A stretch of DNA of 64,000 nucleotides, from assembly GCA_040389905.1 (NCBI GenBank), contig JAZJZK010000008.1, forward strand, positions 32,001-96,000, in the 5' to 3' direction. Made by a program: the position numbers and the translations under genes. Positions 34,777 through 44,980 of the stretch are shown in pieces. Under the pieces are notes generated by a model. The model was not told the DNA's origin. It saw nothing but the letters and a program-made list of their open reading frames with translations, and did not search any database. How positions within the stretch are numbered: the first letter of the stretch is position 1; the number at the start of each line of letters is the position of its first letter. This DNA is from Gemmatimonadota bacterium (GTDB lineage Bacteria; Gemmatimonadota; Gemmatimonadetes; Gemmatimonadales; Gemmatimonadaceae).

Positions 34777-36849
34777 TCAGGGTGTCACGGACTTGACGAT
34801 GAGCTTCGGCGTCAGCCGCGCGGCGATGGTGCTGTCCGCCGCGAGCTCGCCCACGTTATTGAGCCCCCAGCACGCGGCGGCGCCGTCGGTCGTGAGACCG
34901 CACGTGTGTCCTAACCCCGCACTAAGTGTCTTGAACTTGAGCGGAGTGGAAACCAGGGTGGGATTCGGGCGCTCGACCACGGAACTGTCACCGACCTGGC
35001 CGCCCGTGTTGTTACCCCAACAGTATGCTGTCCCATCGGCAGTCAGTCCGCACGCATGGAAACCGCCGGCGGTGATCGACGTGAAGTCCGGAGCGGTGGG
35101 GTACGTCCGCGGGCTGAGCACGGCTGTGGACCCGGTTCCGAGATTCCCCCAGCAATACACGCGTCCGACCGCCGTGAGCCCGCAAGTGAAGCTTGCGCCA
35201 GCCGAGAGCGACTTGAAGGTCAGGACCCCGGACACAGCGGTTGGCGACGTCTTGCTCGCCGTCGTGCCATCACCCAATTGTCCGTTGCCGTTGATGCCCC
35301 AGCAGAAGATCGAGCCCTCGAGTGAGAGGCCGCACGTGTGCGCGGCACCTGACGACACTTGCGCGAACTTGAAGCCTCCGGACACCACCCCCGGCGCCAA
35401 GCGGATCTTCGTCGAACGATCACCAAGCTGCCCCTGAGAATTGTCACCCCAGCAATACGCGAGCTGATCGGCCGCAATCGCGCAGGTGTGCGCCTGTCCG
35501 GGCGCCACGCTGGTCCACGCGAGTGAGCTCGATACCTTCGACGGCACCGGCGCCGTGGTGAGCTTCGTACCGGTGGTCGTGTCGGGGAAAGAGTTTGGCC
35601 CCCAGCAATACAGGAACTGGTCGACGGCGATGCCGCAGAAGTGGCTGGGGTTGGTGGGACCCGTCGCGATATTGATGAACTTGATGCCGCCGGAAGTGGG
35701 TGTTGGCACGTACTTGTTGACGGCGCTGCTATCCCCCACCGCGGGCTCCAGCCCCCAGCAACTCGCCGAGCCGTCGACCTCGAGGGCACACGTGCCGAAG
35801 CCACCAGCCACGATCTCGGTGGGCGTATAGAATACGGGGGTGCCGGTGGCGGTCGCCGTCAACGTCACGGTCGCCAGCTCCACCTTGGCAACGAGCATCT
35901 GTACCCCGGGCGTCTCGCCGAGCGTCCAGACACCTGGCGAAGCGGTGCCGTCAGCTCCGGTCGAGACGACTTGAGCGGCAACCTTACCGCCCCCGGTGAC
36001 CGCAAAGGTGACGGGCACTCCCAATCTCGGCTTGCCGAGTGAATCGACGAGACGAACGGACGGGGGCGTTGGTAGCCCGGAGAGCACAACACCGGTTTGG
36101 CCGTCGCCCTCGACAGCCGTGAGCGCGGCGTACGTTCGAAGGGCGAACGTTGCAACGCTCGATGACACGGAGGTCAACGGATGGTCCTCTTCGCCGAGCA
36201 GCGTGGCGGTGGCCGTATTCAGATCAGCCGTGGGGCCGAGTTTCCACTCTGCCGCGGCGACGCCGTTGCGATCGGTCGTCGCGATCGCCGGCGAAATGGT
36301 GCCGCCGCCGCGGGTGACCGCAAAGGCCACGCGAACCGGCACGGTCAGCGGCTTGCCAAGCGCGTCACTCACGAGGACATGGATGGAGTCCGCGGTCGCG
36401 CCCGGATTGACCGCTGTTGGCGGTGTAAACAGGTACGCGTCGATCTTGTCGGCCCCAACGTGCACGACGCGAATCGCTACAGGGGCCGAAATCACGTTGA
36501 GCGCGCTGGCGACGATGGTGGTGGTACCGGTGTCGATCGCGGTGAGGCGGCCGTTGATGTCGATCGTCGCGACGTTCTCCGCGAGGCTGCGCCAGGCGAG
36601 GGGAATGTTCGTGAGCGTCACACCCTGCTTGTTTCTGACGGTGGCGGCCATCGTGAGGTGAAAGCCTTTCTCGACCGTCACGTTCCCATTGGTGATGGCG
36701 ATCTGGCCGATGTCGATGGGCGGTTCTGTGATGGGCGTCACATCCTTCGTGCACGCCGTCGCCACGATTGAGCAAAGCACGGCGAGGAGGGCGTGACGGC
36801 GGGCGTGGACAGCGAGCACGGCAGGCGCTGCCGGCGAAACGAGCGACAT
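34777..36849 (-). CDS. Lipoprotein with Ig-like domains and RCC1 repeats
   Basis: Lipobox VATAC, Big_2-like WRSLAENVATID, and repeated HTCGL...YCWG.N..GQLGD. Confidence 0.88.
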   Translation of the reverse strand: MSLVSPAAPAVLAVHARRHALLAVLCSIVATACTKDVTPITEPPIDIGQIAITNGNVTVEKGFHLTMAATVRNKQGVTLTNIPLAWRSLAENVATIDINGRLTAIDTGTTTIVASALNVISAPVAIRVVHVGADKIDAYLFTPPTAVNPGATADSIHVLVSDALGKPLTVPVRVAFAVTRGGGTISPAIATTDRNGVAAAEWKLGPTADLNTATATLLGEEDHPLTSVSSSVATFALRTYAALTAVEGDGQTGVVLSGLPTPPSVRLVDSLGKPRLGVPVTFAVTGGGKVAAQVVSTGADGTASPGVWTLGETPGVQMLVAKVELATVTLTATATGTPVFYTPTEIVAGGFGTCALEVDGSASCWGLEPAVGDSSAVNKYVPTPTSGGIKFINIATGPTNPSHFCGIAVDQFLYCWGPNSFPDTTTGTKLTTAPVPSKVSSSLAWTSVAPGQAHTCAIAADQLAYCWGDNSQGQLGDRSTKIRLAPGVVSGGFKFAQVSSGAAHTCGLSLEGSIFCWGINGNGQLGDGTTASKTSPTAVSGVLTFKSLSAGASFTCGLTAVGRVYCWGNLGTGSTAVLSPRTYPTAPDFTSITAGGFHACGLTADGTAYCWGNNTGGQVGDSSVVERPNPTLVSTPLKFKTLSAGLGHTCGLTTDGAAACWGLNNVGELAADSTIAARLTPKLIVKSVTP

Positions 36850-37135
36850 GAATGGTTTCACGTGTTGCGCGAGAGGGAAACGGCGGCCAAGTCGTGGGTG
36901 GAACGAGGGAACTTGCGCCGTTGGTGGACCGGCAGTCTTCATTCGGTGTAGAAATCCGGAAACCAATTGCGCTTTGTACCGTAAAGTAACTTGTTCTTTC
37001 CAATGTGCCCTTTCGACAGCGCGCCTCGTCCTGAATTCGTACACTTCAGACGCGGGCCTGATCCGACGGTCACAGCTTGGACTAGCGGCTGAAGCAAGAT
37101 TGCCGCGCGCTAATCCGCATGCAATTAGAGAGTAG

Positions 37136-37906
37136 ATGATTTTTCGCCGACTGCGCTGGTTTGTTTCGTCCGTATCACTCGTACTGTGTGGCGCCGCTGC
37201 CACGGTTGGGGGGCAACAGCCTCTCGTACCGGACGCCGGCGCCGGACTGGAGCTTCGTGCAACGCTCGAAGCGGAAGCGGTCAAAGCCGAGTCGCTCCAT
37301 CGGAACGCGGAGGCATTCCTCCTGCGAACGCGGCTGATTCGAGGCGACTTTCAGGAGGGTGACCGCGTGGTGGTGCAGTTGCTCGGATCGGTGCAGGCGC
37401 CGGCGGGCACGAACGACACCGTCACGATTCGGGCGGGGAAGCTTCTGCCCATGGGCGCGCAATTCGGGGATGTTCCGCTCGAGGGCGTGTTACGGTCCGA
37501 GATCACCGAAAAGGTGTCGGCCCACCTTGGCCGCTTCCTGCAGAACTCGGCGGTGAAGGTCACCACCTTGCTGCGGCTGTCCGTGCAGGGGATGGTGCGG
37601 GGCCCAGGGTATTATTATGTGGCGCCGGATGTGCTGCTGAGTGACGTGATCATGAAAGCTGGCGGCCCCGCGACCAACACGGAGTTCGGACCGATGACGA
37701 TCCGCCGGAGTGGAGAACTCTTCTGGAGTGCCGATGATACAAAAACGGCGCTGACGGAGGGAATGTCTCTCGATAGACTTCATCTCAAGTCGGGCGATGA
37801 GCTTCTCATCGAGCCGCCGTCCGGCTTCGGCTGGCAGTCCGTGCTGTCGGTGTTCGGTGCCGTATCGGGGCTCATTTACACCTTGCAGCGCTTCTTGCTC
37901 CGATGA
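37136..37906 (+). CDS. Polysaccharide export protein, SLBB domain (Wza/OPX-like)
   Basis: FQEGDRVVV, SVQGMVRGPGYY, LSDVIMKAGG, LKSGDEL. Directly upstream of the Wzc-like gene. Confidence 0.8.
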   Translation: MIFRRLRWFVSSVSLVLCGAAATVGGQQPLVPDAGAGLELRATLEAEAVKAESLHRNAEAFLLRTRLIRGDFQEGDRVVVQLLGSVQAPAGTNDTVTIRAGKLLPMGAQFGDVPLEGVLRSEITEKVSAHLGRFLQNSAVKVTTLLRLSVQGMVRGPGYYYVAPDVLLSDVIMKAGGPATNTEFGPMTIRRSGELFWSADDTKTALTEGMSLDRLHLKSGDELLIEPPSGFGWQSVLSVFGAVSGLIYTLQRFLLR

Positions 37907-37972
37907 CCGCAACCGGAGCCGTGCCGTTCACGTCCGCAGAGTTTTCAAGGCAATTCGCAGAGATCGTCCATT

Positions 37973-40357
37973 ATGGCTGAGGATGCAATTCCATATCAGT
38001 TGGCGTCGGGCGTCCACATCCCGTCGGACGGGGGTGGATGGGGCGACACGCCAACCATCGCGCCCCGGTCGTTCCTGGAGCGCCCGCTCGCTGCACTGCG
38101 CCGCTACAAGTGGTTGGCGCTGGCGCTGTTCCTGCTCGCACTGACCGGTGGCATCGTCGCGCTACGTTACATCAGGGCCGAGTACGAGGTCCGCGCGACG
38201 ATTTCGATTCAGTCCGAGACGCCGATGCAGGATCGCAGCGGCCCGATGCGATCGCGCGAGCTGCTCAATTCCGGCGCGTGGGTCGAACTGCTCAAGAGCT
38301 ACCGAATCTCCGACGCCGTCGTCCGCAAGCTTGCGCTGTACGTCAAAGCGGACAAGGATGCCGATTCGACTGTGCTCCGCAATTTCTCTGCGGGGAGCAT
38401 GTTCATTCCTGGCACTTATACGTTGAAGGTCGACAAGAAGCGCACGCGCTGGAATCTTGCGCTCGAGGATGCTCCGGTCACGGACAGTGGTGCCGTCGGC
38501 GATTCCATCGGGCGGCGCCTCGGCTTCCAGTGGTTGCCGACCCCCGCCGTCCTTTCGAAGATCGCGGGCAAGGAGATGAAGTTCACGGTATCGACGCCGC
38601 GTGAAACGTCGATCCAGCTCATCAAGCGGCTGAATTCGAAGCTCACGATGGGGAGCAACTTCATGTGGCTGTCGCTGCAGGATCCCAATCCGCAGCTGGC
38701 GGCGCGTACGATGAACACGTGGGTAACGGAATACGTTGGTGTCGCCGCGGAACTGAAGCGCAAGAACCTCACGGACTTTGCGAGCATTCTTGGCGGCCAG
38801 CTGCAGTTTGCGGAAGCGTCGTTGCACGAGGCAGAAGCGGCGCTCGAGAACTTCCGCGTCCATACGATCACACTGCCAGCGGAAGGTGCCCCAGTGGCCG
38901 CCGGTCTCGAGATGACGCGCGATCCGGCCATGCGGAGCTTCTTCGAGAAGAAGATCGAGTACGACAATCTGCGACACGATCGCGAGCAGCTCGAGAAAAC
39001 GATTGCGGGCGCGGCGGCGGGCACGACTCCATATCAGTCGCTGTTGCTGATCCCGAGCGTGGTGCAGAGCCCCGTGAGCAAGGAGCTGCAGCAAAGCTTC
39101 GAACTGATGATCAAGTATCAAGCGGATATCAATTCCGCCCTGCAGATCTACAAGGCGGACTACCCGCCCGTGAAGGACCTCCAGAACGCGCTCAACACGC
39201 TCAAGACCAAGACCGTGCCCGCGCAGGCAGAGGTGATCCTCGGCCAGATGCGCGAGCGCGAGAAGGATCTGGAAGGGCGTATCGGCAACCAGTCGAACGA
39301 CCTCGAGGCCATTCCGACGCGGACGATCGAGGAAATGCGTCTCCGCCGTCAGGTTGCTGTTGCGGAAGGTCTGTTCACCACGCTCAAGAGCAGACACGCC
39401 GAGGCGAAGCTGGCCGAGGCGAGCGCGAGTCCCGACGTGGACATCCTTGATTCCGCGGTTGCGCCACTCAAGCCGACGAAAAACACCGCGCCCTTCATTC
39501 TCGGCGTCGCGGTGCTGGGCGGACTTGCCGTGGCAATCGGCATGGCGCTCCTGCTCGACAAGATGGACAAGCGCATTCGCTACCCGGAGCAGTCGCAGAA
39601 CGACCTGGGCCTGCCGATCAATGGAACGGTGCCGCAGCTGCCGAAGGGTGGCGCGGACAACCAGACGCCTGAGCAGATCTCGCAGCTCGTCGAATCGTTC
39701 CGAACGCTGCGCATGAACGTGATGAATACCGGCGGTCGCCAGATTGCGCTCGCGGTGTCGAGTCCATCGCCGGGCGATGGCAAGTCATTCATCACGTCGA
39801 ATCTGGCGATGTCGTTTGCCGACGCAGGGTTCCGCACGCTGCTCGTCGATGGCGATACGCGTCGCGGTACGTTGCACGACCTGTTCGGCGTTCCGCGGGC
39901 CCTGGGGCTCACGGATTACCTGTCGGGCGCAGCGGACCAGAGCTCGATCGTGCACGCCACGGGATACGAGAATCTGATGTTCGTTCCCACGGGAACGCTG
40001 CATCGCCGGAGCCCGGAGCTGCTGACGTCACCGGCGTTGGCGAAACTCGTGGCCGAACTTCGCGGGCGGTACGACGTCGTGTTGTTCGACACGCCGCCGC
40101 TTGCGGCCGGCGTCGATGCCTATGCGATTGCGGCAGCGACGGGTAGCCTGCTGGTCGTGCTGCGTATCGGGCAGACGGAGCGCCGAATGGCGGCCACGAA
40201 GCTGGCGTTGGTCGACCGGTTGCCGATCACGGTGATCGGCTCGGTGTTGAACGCCGCTCCGACGGATGGGGAGTACGAGTACTATGGATACGTTGCCGGG
40301 TATGGGACGGAGGAGTTCAACCAGTCCGGCAAACAGGTTGCGCAAATCGAAGGATAA
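37973..40357 (+). CDS. Polysaccharide co-polymerase / BY tyrosine kinase (Wzc/GumC)
   Basis: Two TMs around a coiled coil, ESFRTLR, Walker A SPGDGKS, A' LVDGD, B FDTPP, Tyr cluster EYEYYGY. Confidence 0.93.
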   Translation: MAEDAIPYQLASGVHIPSDGGGWGDTPTIAPRSFLERPLAALRRYKWLALALFLLALTGGIVALRYIRAEYEVRATISIQSETPMQDRSGPMRSRELLNSGAWVELLKSYRISDAVVRKLALYVKADKDADSTVLRNFSAGSMFIPGTYTLKVDKKRTRWNLALEDAPVTDSGAVGDSIGRRLGFQWLPTPAVLSKIAGKEMKFTVSTPRETSIQLIKRLNSKLTMGSNFMWLSLQDPNPQLAARTMNTWVTEYVGVAAELKRKNLTDFASILGGQLQFAEASLHEAEAALENFRVHTITLPAEGAPVAAGLEMTRDPAMRSFFEKKIEYDNLRHDREQLEKTIAGAAAGTTPYQSLLLIPSVVQSPVSKELQQSFELMIKYQADINSALQIYKADYPPVKDLQNALNTLKTKTVPAQAEVILGQMREREKDLEGRIGNQSNDLEAIPTRTIEEMRLRRQVAVAEGLFTTLKSRHAEAKLAEASASPDVDILDSAVAPLKPTKNTAPFILGVAVLGGLAVAIGMALLLDKMDKRIRYPEQSQNDLGLPINGTVPQLPKGGADNQTPEQISQLVESFRTLRMNVMNTGGRQIALAVSSPSPGDGKSFITSNLAMSFADAGFRTLLVDGDTRRGTLHDLFGVPRALGLTDYLSGAADQSSIVHATGYENLMFVPTGTLHRRSPELLTSPALAKLVAELRGRYDVVLFDTPPLAAGVDAYAIAAATGSLLVVLRIGQTERRMAATKLALVDRLPITVIGSVLNAAPTDGEYEYYGYVAGYGTEEFNQSGKQVAQIEG

Positions 40358-40371
40358 TCGTCTTTTTGGTG

Positions 40372-40523
40372 TGTAGCGCACGCGCCTTTATTCTGTGGCG
40401 CCGACGCTACACACCATTGACTGATCAGGTTGTTTCTCCTGCCAGACTGATCATCCCAAGTTATTACCACGTAAGAAGTTACGCCGATTGTCGGTGACTG
40501 CTCTCGCGAGCACGCCTAGTGCA
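40372..40523 (+). promoter_or_regulatory. Putative activator sites, IHF-like site and sigma-54-like promoter for the sugar transferase/exosortase operon
   Basis: TGTGGCGCCGACGCTACA (40394-40411) with a half site at 40372, AAGTTATT box 40458-40476, GAGCACGCCTAGTGCA (40508-40523; AG instead of GG). Confidence 0.55.
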
Positions 40524-40600
40524 GATGCTGTGTGCAACAACATCATGATATTTCGCGGCGACACGCCGTGCTGAACGGTTCGACGGGGGGCCATTCCAGG

Positions 40601-41422
40601 ATGCAGGGTGCTGTTTCGGTAGTTATCGAACTACCAGCAACGATACGCCGTCGCGGCGAGCGAACTGACCGGGGTGCAAACGGTGGGTTGGCGGGCGCGA
40701 GCGAAATCGCCGTCGAGCGGCCGCGCATCTCGCTCGAGGCAGACGCTGGCCGCTTGGTCATCGACGATGTGATTCCGCGTGAGCGGTCACAGCTGCTCAG
40801 CAGAATCCTGAACGTCTCGGTGGCGCTCTTGGCGACGTTGATCCTGTCGCCACTCCTCACGCTCATTGCGTTAGCGGTCAAGCTCACCTCGAACGGTCCG
40901 GTGTTCTATTCGCAGGTTCGTGTGGGCGTCGACCGGCGATATCGCCAGAATGCAGCGTTCGACCGTCGCGGATATGACCACGGTGGAAAGCCATTCATGA
41001 TGTTCAAGTTCCGCACGATGAAGGTGGATGCGGAGAAGGACGGCAAGGCGGTATGGGCGGTTCGGAAGGACCCGCGAGTCACGGTGATTGGAAATCTCCT
41101 GCGCAAGACGCGTCTGGATGAGCTGCCGCAGCTGCTCAACGTCATACGGGGCGACATGAACGTCGTCGGCCCGCGTCCGGAGCGGCCGACCATTTTCGCC
41201 GACCTGCGCCGTACGATTCCCGAGTACTCGTTCCGCCAACGCGTGAAGCCCGGGATCACCGGGTGGGCACAGATCAACCAGGCGTATGACGCGTGTCTCG
41301 ACGACGTGCGCCGAAAGGTTCAGCTGGATATCGAGTACATTCGCCGGCAGAGCCTCACGCACGATATCCGGATCATGGCCATGACGCTCCCGGTCATGAT
41401 ATTCCGTCGGGGTGCCAACTGA
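40601..41422 (+). CDS. Priming (phosphoglycosyl) sugar transferase
   Basis: GPVFYSQVRVG, FKFRTM, DPRVT, LDELPQL, VGPRPE, KPGITGWAQ. Confidence 0.92.
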   Translation: MQGAVSVVIELPATIRRRGERTDRGANGGLAGASEIAVERPRISLEADAGRLVIDDVIPRERSQLLSRILNVSVALLATLILSPLLTLIALAVKLTSNGPVFYSQVRVGVDRRYRQNAAFDRRGYDHGGKPFMMFKFRTMKVDAEKDGKAVWAVRKDPRVTVIGNLLRKTRLDELPQLLNVIRGDMNVVGPRPERPTIFADLRRTIPEYSFRQRVKPGITGWAQINQAYDACLDDVRRKVQLDIEYIRRQSLTHDIRIMAMTLPVMIFRRGAN

Positions 41423-42359
41423 CACGCCCAGAGTTGAGCGTATGACCGCGGCACACTTTCAGGCAGAACTCAAGCGAGTCACCGGCCGCGCCTTCGACGC
41501 GGACGGGGCTGCGGACTACAAAGTGCTGATCCCATTCGCCGCCACCTGTATTGCCTTCCTGCTGCTTTTCGGCGGCACCTTCGCCTCGCTCGCGCGCGAC
41601 TGGTGGGTGAACCCGGAAGCGGGGCACGGATTGTTGCTCGCCCCGGTGGCTGTGTGGTGGGCGTGGCGTGCGGGCATTCGCGAGGGAGCCGCTCCCGAAC
41701 ACAAACTCGGAATCGCGATTTTGATCTTCGCGGTCCTGGTGCGGTGCGCCGCTGGATTGGCCGCCGAATTGTTCACGATGCGCTCGTCGATCGTTCTGGC
41801 GCTCGTCGGGTTGACCGTCTTCCACTTCGGCGTCCGACAGGTGTTGTACTGGTGGCTGCCGTTCGTCGTTGGCGCGTTGTCCGTACCGCTACCGGAACTG
41901 GTCACACAGGCGCTGGCGCTTCCACTTCAGTTTCAGGCATCTGAAATGGGCGCCGCGATGCTCAAGATGCGCGACGTTCCAGTGCTGCTGACCGGTAATG
42001 TCATCCGCTTGCCGGGGCACGAGCTGTTCGTGACGGAGGCGTGCAGCGGGCTGCGATCGCTGACCGCGCTGATCAGTCTCTCCGTGTTGCTGGGAGCCTT
42101 GATGCTGCGGACGCCCATCGCGCGGGTGCTGCTGATCCTGATTGCGATTCCAATCGCCGTCGTCATCAACGGCGTGCGTGTCTTCATGACGGGCTTTCTG
42201 GTGTACTTCGTCGACCCGAAACTGGGTCAGGGATTCATGCACATCACCGAGGGTTGGCTCCTGTTTCTCGTCTCGTTGAGCTGCCTTGCTATCGTCGTGA
42301 AGCTGATGACGCTGGTCGAAGGGTGGTTGGATCGGAAGGCGGAGGTGGAAAGTGATTAA
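41412..42359 (+). CDS. Exosortase (EpsH family)
   Basis: Multi-TM protein with the triad motifs EACSGLRS (Cys), NGVRV (Arg) and MHITEG (His). Followed by EpsI. Confidence 0.93.
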   Translation: MPTDTPRVERMTAAHFQAELKRVTGRAFDADGAADYKVLIPFAATCIAFLLLFGGTFASLARDWWVNPEAGHGLLLAPVAVWWAWRAGIREGAAPEHKLGIAILIFAVLVRCAAGLAAELFTMRSSIVLALVGLTVFHFGVRQVLYWWLPFVVGALSVPLPELVTQALALPLQFQASEMGAAMLKMRDVPVLLTGNVIRLPGHELFVTEACSGLRSLTALISLSVLLGALMLRTPIARVLLILIAIPIAVVINGVRVFMTGFLVYFVDPKLGQGFMHITEGWLLFLVSLSCLAIVVKLMTLVEGWLDRKAEVESD

Positions 42360-43077
42360 GGTGTCTCAGTTCGTGCCGGCCGTCATCCTCTTCATCGGTG
42401 CCGGCTTCATGCTCCGCACGCGCGGCCAGTCGGCGGTGCCGCTCGCGGCGTCGCTCGACACCGTGCTCGAGTCCGTGGACGGATTCAGCACGATCAACCA
42501 GACGATCAGTGCGGAGGCACAGCGTGTTGCTGGCATGACCAACTGGGTCGCGCGTGCGTACAAGAAGGATTCGGTCATCGCGTTCACCGCACTGGTTTCA
42601 TACTACGAGCGCCAAACGCAGGGCAAGACGATTCACTCGCCGAAGAACTGTTTGCCTGGCGCCGGATGGGAAATCATGAAGGCCGATGCGACGACGCTCG
42701 CCGTCGGGGGCGCGTTGTATCCGGTCAACCACTACATCCTCAAGAACGGCAAGGCCACGGCGGTCGTGTACTACTGGTACCAGGGCCGTGGCCGAGTCGT
42801 CGCCAATGAGTATCAGGTCAAGTGGAACTTGCTGCGTGATGCCGCGGTTGCCGGTCACACGGAGGAAGCACTGGTACGCGTGGTCGCGTATGTCCCAAGA
42901 AACCTGCATGCGAGCGACCTCACGAAGACCGCCGAGTTCCAGTCGGCGGACTCGCTCGGGCGCGCGATTTCGCAGCGTCTGGTGACCGAGGTGAATCGGG
43001 TATTGCCGGCGCGTGGGGCCGTCGCCACCGCACAGGCGGCGCGCACCGCTTCCAGAGTGGCGCTGTCGTCTCGCTGA
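42352..43077 (+). CDS. EpsI family exosortase-associated protein
   Basis: YYERQTQGKTIHSPKNCLPGAGW, YYWYQGRGR, ALVRV. Confidence 0.9.
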   Translation: MIKVSQFVPAVILFIGAGFMLRTRGQSAVPLAASLDTVLESVDGFSTINQTISAEAQRVAGMTNWVARAYKKDSVIAFTALVSYYERQTQGKTIHSPKNCLPGAGWEIMKADATTLAVGGALYPVNHYILKNGKATAVVYYWYQGRGRVVANEYQVKWNLLRDAAVAGHTEEALVRVVAYVPRNLHASDLTKTAEFQSADSLGRAISQRLVTEVNRVLPARGAVATAQAARTASRVALSSR

Positions 43078-43087
43078 GCGTAACCGC

Positions 43088-43948
43088 ATGAACGATTCCG
43101 AAGTGCGCCACCACTTCACGGTGGACGTGGAGGAGTCGTTTCAGGTGTCCGCCATGGAGCCGTTCGTCTCGCGTTCGACGTGGGACGACTTTCCCAGCCG
43201 GGTCGATCGGGGGACGCGGCAGCTGCTCGAGCTTCTCGCTCGACACCACGCACGCGGCACCTTCTTCGTACTGGGGTGGATCGCAAAGCGTCATGCGCCG
43301 CTGGTGCGTGAAATCGCGGCGGCGGGTCATGAGATCGCGTCGCACGGCTGGGGGCACGAGCGCGTGACGACTCTTACGCCCGCAGAATTCCGCGAATCGG
43401 TGGTGAGTTCCAAGGACACGCTGGAAGAAATCGTTGGCGCGCCGGTACTCGGCTATCGCGCTCCGAGCTTTTCCATCGTACGCGGGGGGGAATGGGCGCT
43501 CGACATCCTCCTCGAAGCGGGCTACCGCTACGATTCCTCGCTCTACCCGGTGGAGCGCACGGGCTATGGATACGCTGGCGGGTCGCGCGATCCGTATGAT
43601 GTTATCCGTGACGCCGGAGTGCTGCGCGAGTATCCGCCGGCCACTGTGAGCGCCGTGGGGAAGACGCTGCCCGCAGGGGGAGGCGCATATTTCCGGCACC
43701 TGCCGTACCGCTTCGTCGAGGCGGCATTCGCCCAGGCGGCGCGGCGCGGAATGCCCGCCACGTTCTATATCCATCCATGGGAGCTGGATACGGACCAGCC
43801 ACGAATCGTGGTGCCCTTCAAGACACGGCTGCGCCACTACGGTGGCATCTCGCGCACCGCTCCACGTTTGGCGCGCTTGCTGTCGACGTTCCGCTTTCAG
43901 TCGATTGCCGAAACGCTCAGGGGTTCGCTCGTTGAGCAATGCAGGTAA
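43088..43948 (+). CDS. Polysaccharide deacetylase, exosortase-system type (DUF3473-like C-terminus)
   Basis: TVDVEE, TFFVLGW, HEIASHGWGH, GYRAPSFSI, YDSS, GGGAYFR, FYIHPWE. Confidence 0.92.
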   Translation: MNDSEVRHHFTVDVEESFQVSAMEPFVSRSTWDDFPSRVDRGTRQLLELLARHHARGTFFVLGWIAKRHAPLVREIAAAGHEIASHGWGHERVTTLTPAEFRESVVSSKDTLEEIVGAPVLGYRAPSFSIVRGGEWALDILLEAGYRYDSSLYPVERTGYGYAGGSRDPYDVIRDAGVLREYPPATVSAVGKTLPAGGGAYFRHLPYRFVEAAFAQAARRGMPATFYIHPWELDTDQPRIVVPFKTRLRHYGGISRTAPRLARLLSTFRFQSIAETLRGSLVEQCR

Positions 43949-44958
43949 CGCTCGCCTCCGAGCTGACGGAGTGGGACGATTTTGTCGCTCGCTCGCAGGA
44001 TAGCACGTTCGCCCACCTGGCCGGATGGCGTAACATCATGCGAGACGTGCTGCGTCATCGCTGCCTGTACCTGATAGCACGCGACGACCACCAACGCATC
44101 GCCGGCGTGCTGCCGCTCGTGCAGGTGAAGGGCCTCGCCGGACACTTTCTGGTGTCCGTCCCATTCGTGAATGACGGCGGGCCGATCGGAACGGCCGGTG
44201 CGCGAACGGCGTTAACGGAGTTTGCTGTCGCGGAGGCACAGCGCATCGGTGCGGGACTGCTCGAACTTCGCAACCGAACGGAGGTCGTTGGGCCGGTCCA
44301 GCACTCCTTCAGAAAGGTCGCGGTGCACCTTCCGCTTCCGCCCTCGCTCGAGGAGCTCTGGTCGACGACATTCAAGGCGAAGCTGCGGAGCCAAATCCGA
44401 CGTCCCGCCAAGGAAGGAATGACGGCGACGGTCGGATCCGACCAACTGGACGCCTTCTATCGCGTCTTCTCACGCAACATGCGTGACTTGGGCACGCCCG
44501 TTCTTCCACGCGCGTTCTTCAGCGGACTTCTCTCGGCTTTCGGTGATCGCGTGATGTTCGTCACCGTATACACGGCGGATGGTCGGCCGGCGGCGGCATC
44601 CTGCAGCCTTCAATGGCGCGAGGAGCTCGAAGTCACGTGGGCATCGTCGCTCCGTGAGTACAACAAGCTGTCGCCGAACATGTTGCTGTACGGGACAATG
44701 ATGGAGCAGGCGATCAGTCGTGGCGCGCGAGTGTTCAACTTCGGCCGTTCGTCGCCGGGAAGTGCCACACACAAGTTCAAGCAGCAATGGGGTGGGCACG
44801 ACGTTCAGCTGCCATGGGCGTTCTGGTCGCGCAGCGCCGAGGTGGGCACACCGTCGGCGGACAGCCGAGCGTTTCAGTTGGCCCAGGCGGCATGGAAGCG
44901 CATGCCCCTCGCGGTGGCGAATCTGCTGGGTCCATTCCTCTCGCGGCAACTGCCGTGA
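43939..44958 (+). CDS. FemAB-related protein, PEP-CTERM system-associated
   Basis: WDDFV, GVLPL, LVSVPFVNDGG, KLRSQIRR, NMRDLGTPV, PNMLLY, FNFGRS, KFKQQWG. Confidence 0.9.
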   Translation: MQVTLASELTEWDDFVARSQDSTFAHLAGWRNIMRDVLRHRCLYLIARDDHQRIAGVLPLVQVKGLAGHFLVSVPFVNDGGPIGTAGARTALTEFAVAEAQRIGAGLLELRNRTEVVGPVQHSFRKVAVHLPLPPSLEELWSTTFKAKLRSQIRRPAKEGMTATVGSDQLDAFYRVFSRNMRDLGTPVLPRAFFSGLLSAFGDRVMFVTVYTADGRPAAASCSLQWREELEVTWASSLREYNKLSPNMLLYGTMMEQAISRGARVFNFGRSSPGSATHKFKQQWGGHDVQLPWAFWSRSAEVGTPSADSRAFQLAQAAWKRMPLAVANLLGPFLSRQLP

Positions 44959-44980
44959 GCGGCATGCACGCCGCACTGCC

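Noticed and set aside
40367..40416. Terminator after the Wzc-like gene (12-bp inverted repeat)
   Set aside because: 26-nt loop and no proper U-tract on the + strand. The symmetry is explained by the outer halves of two tandem activator sites.
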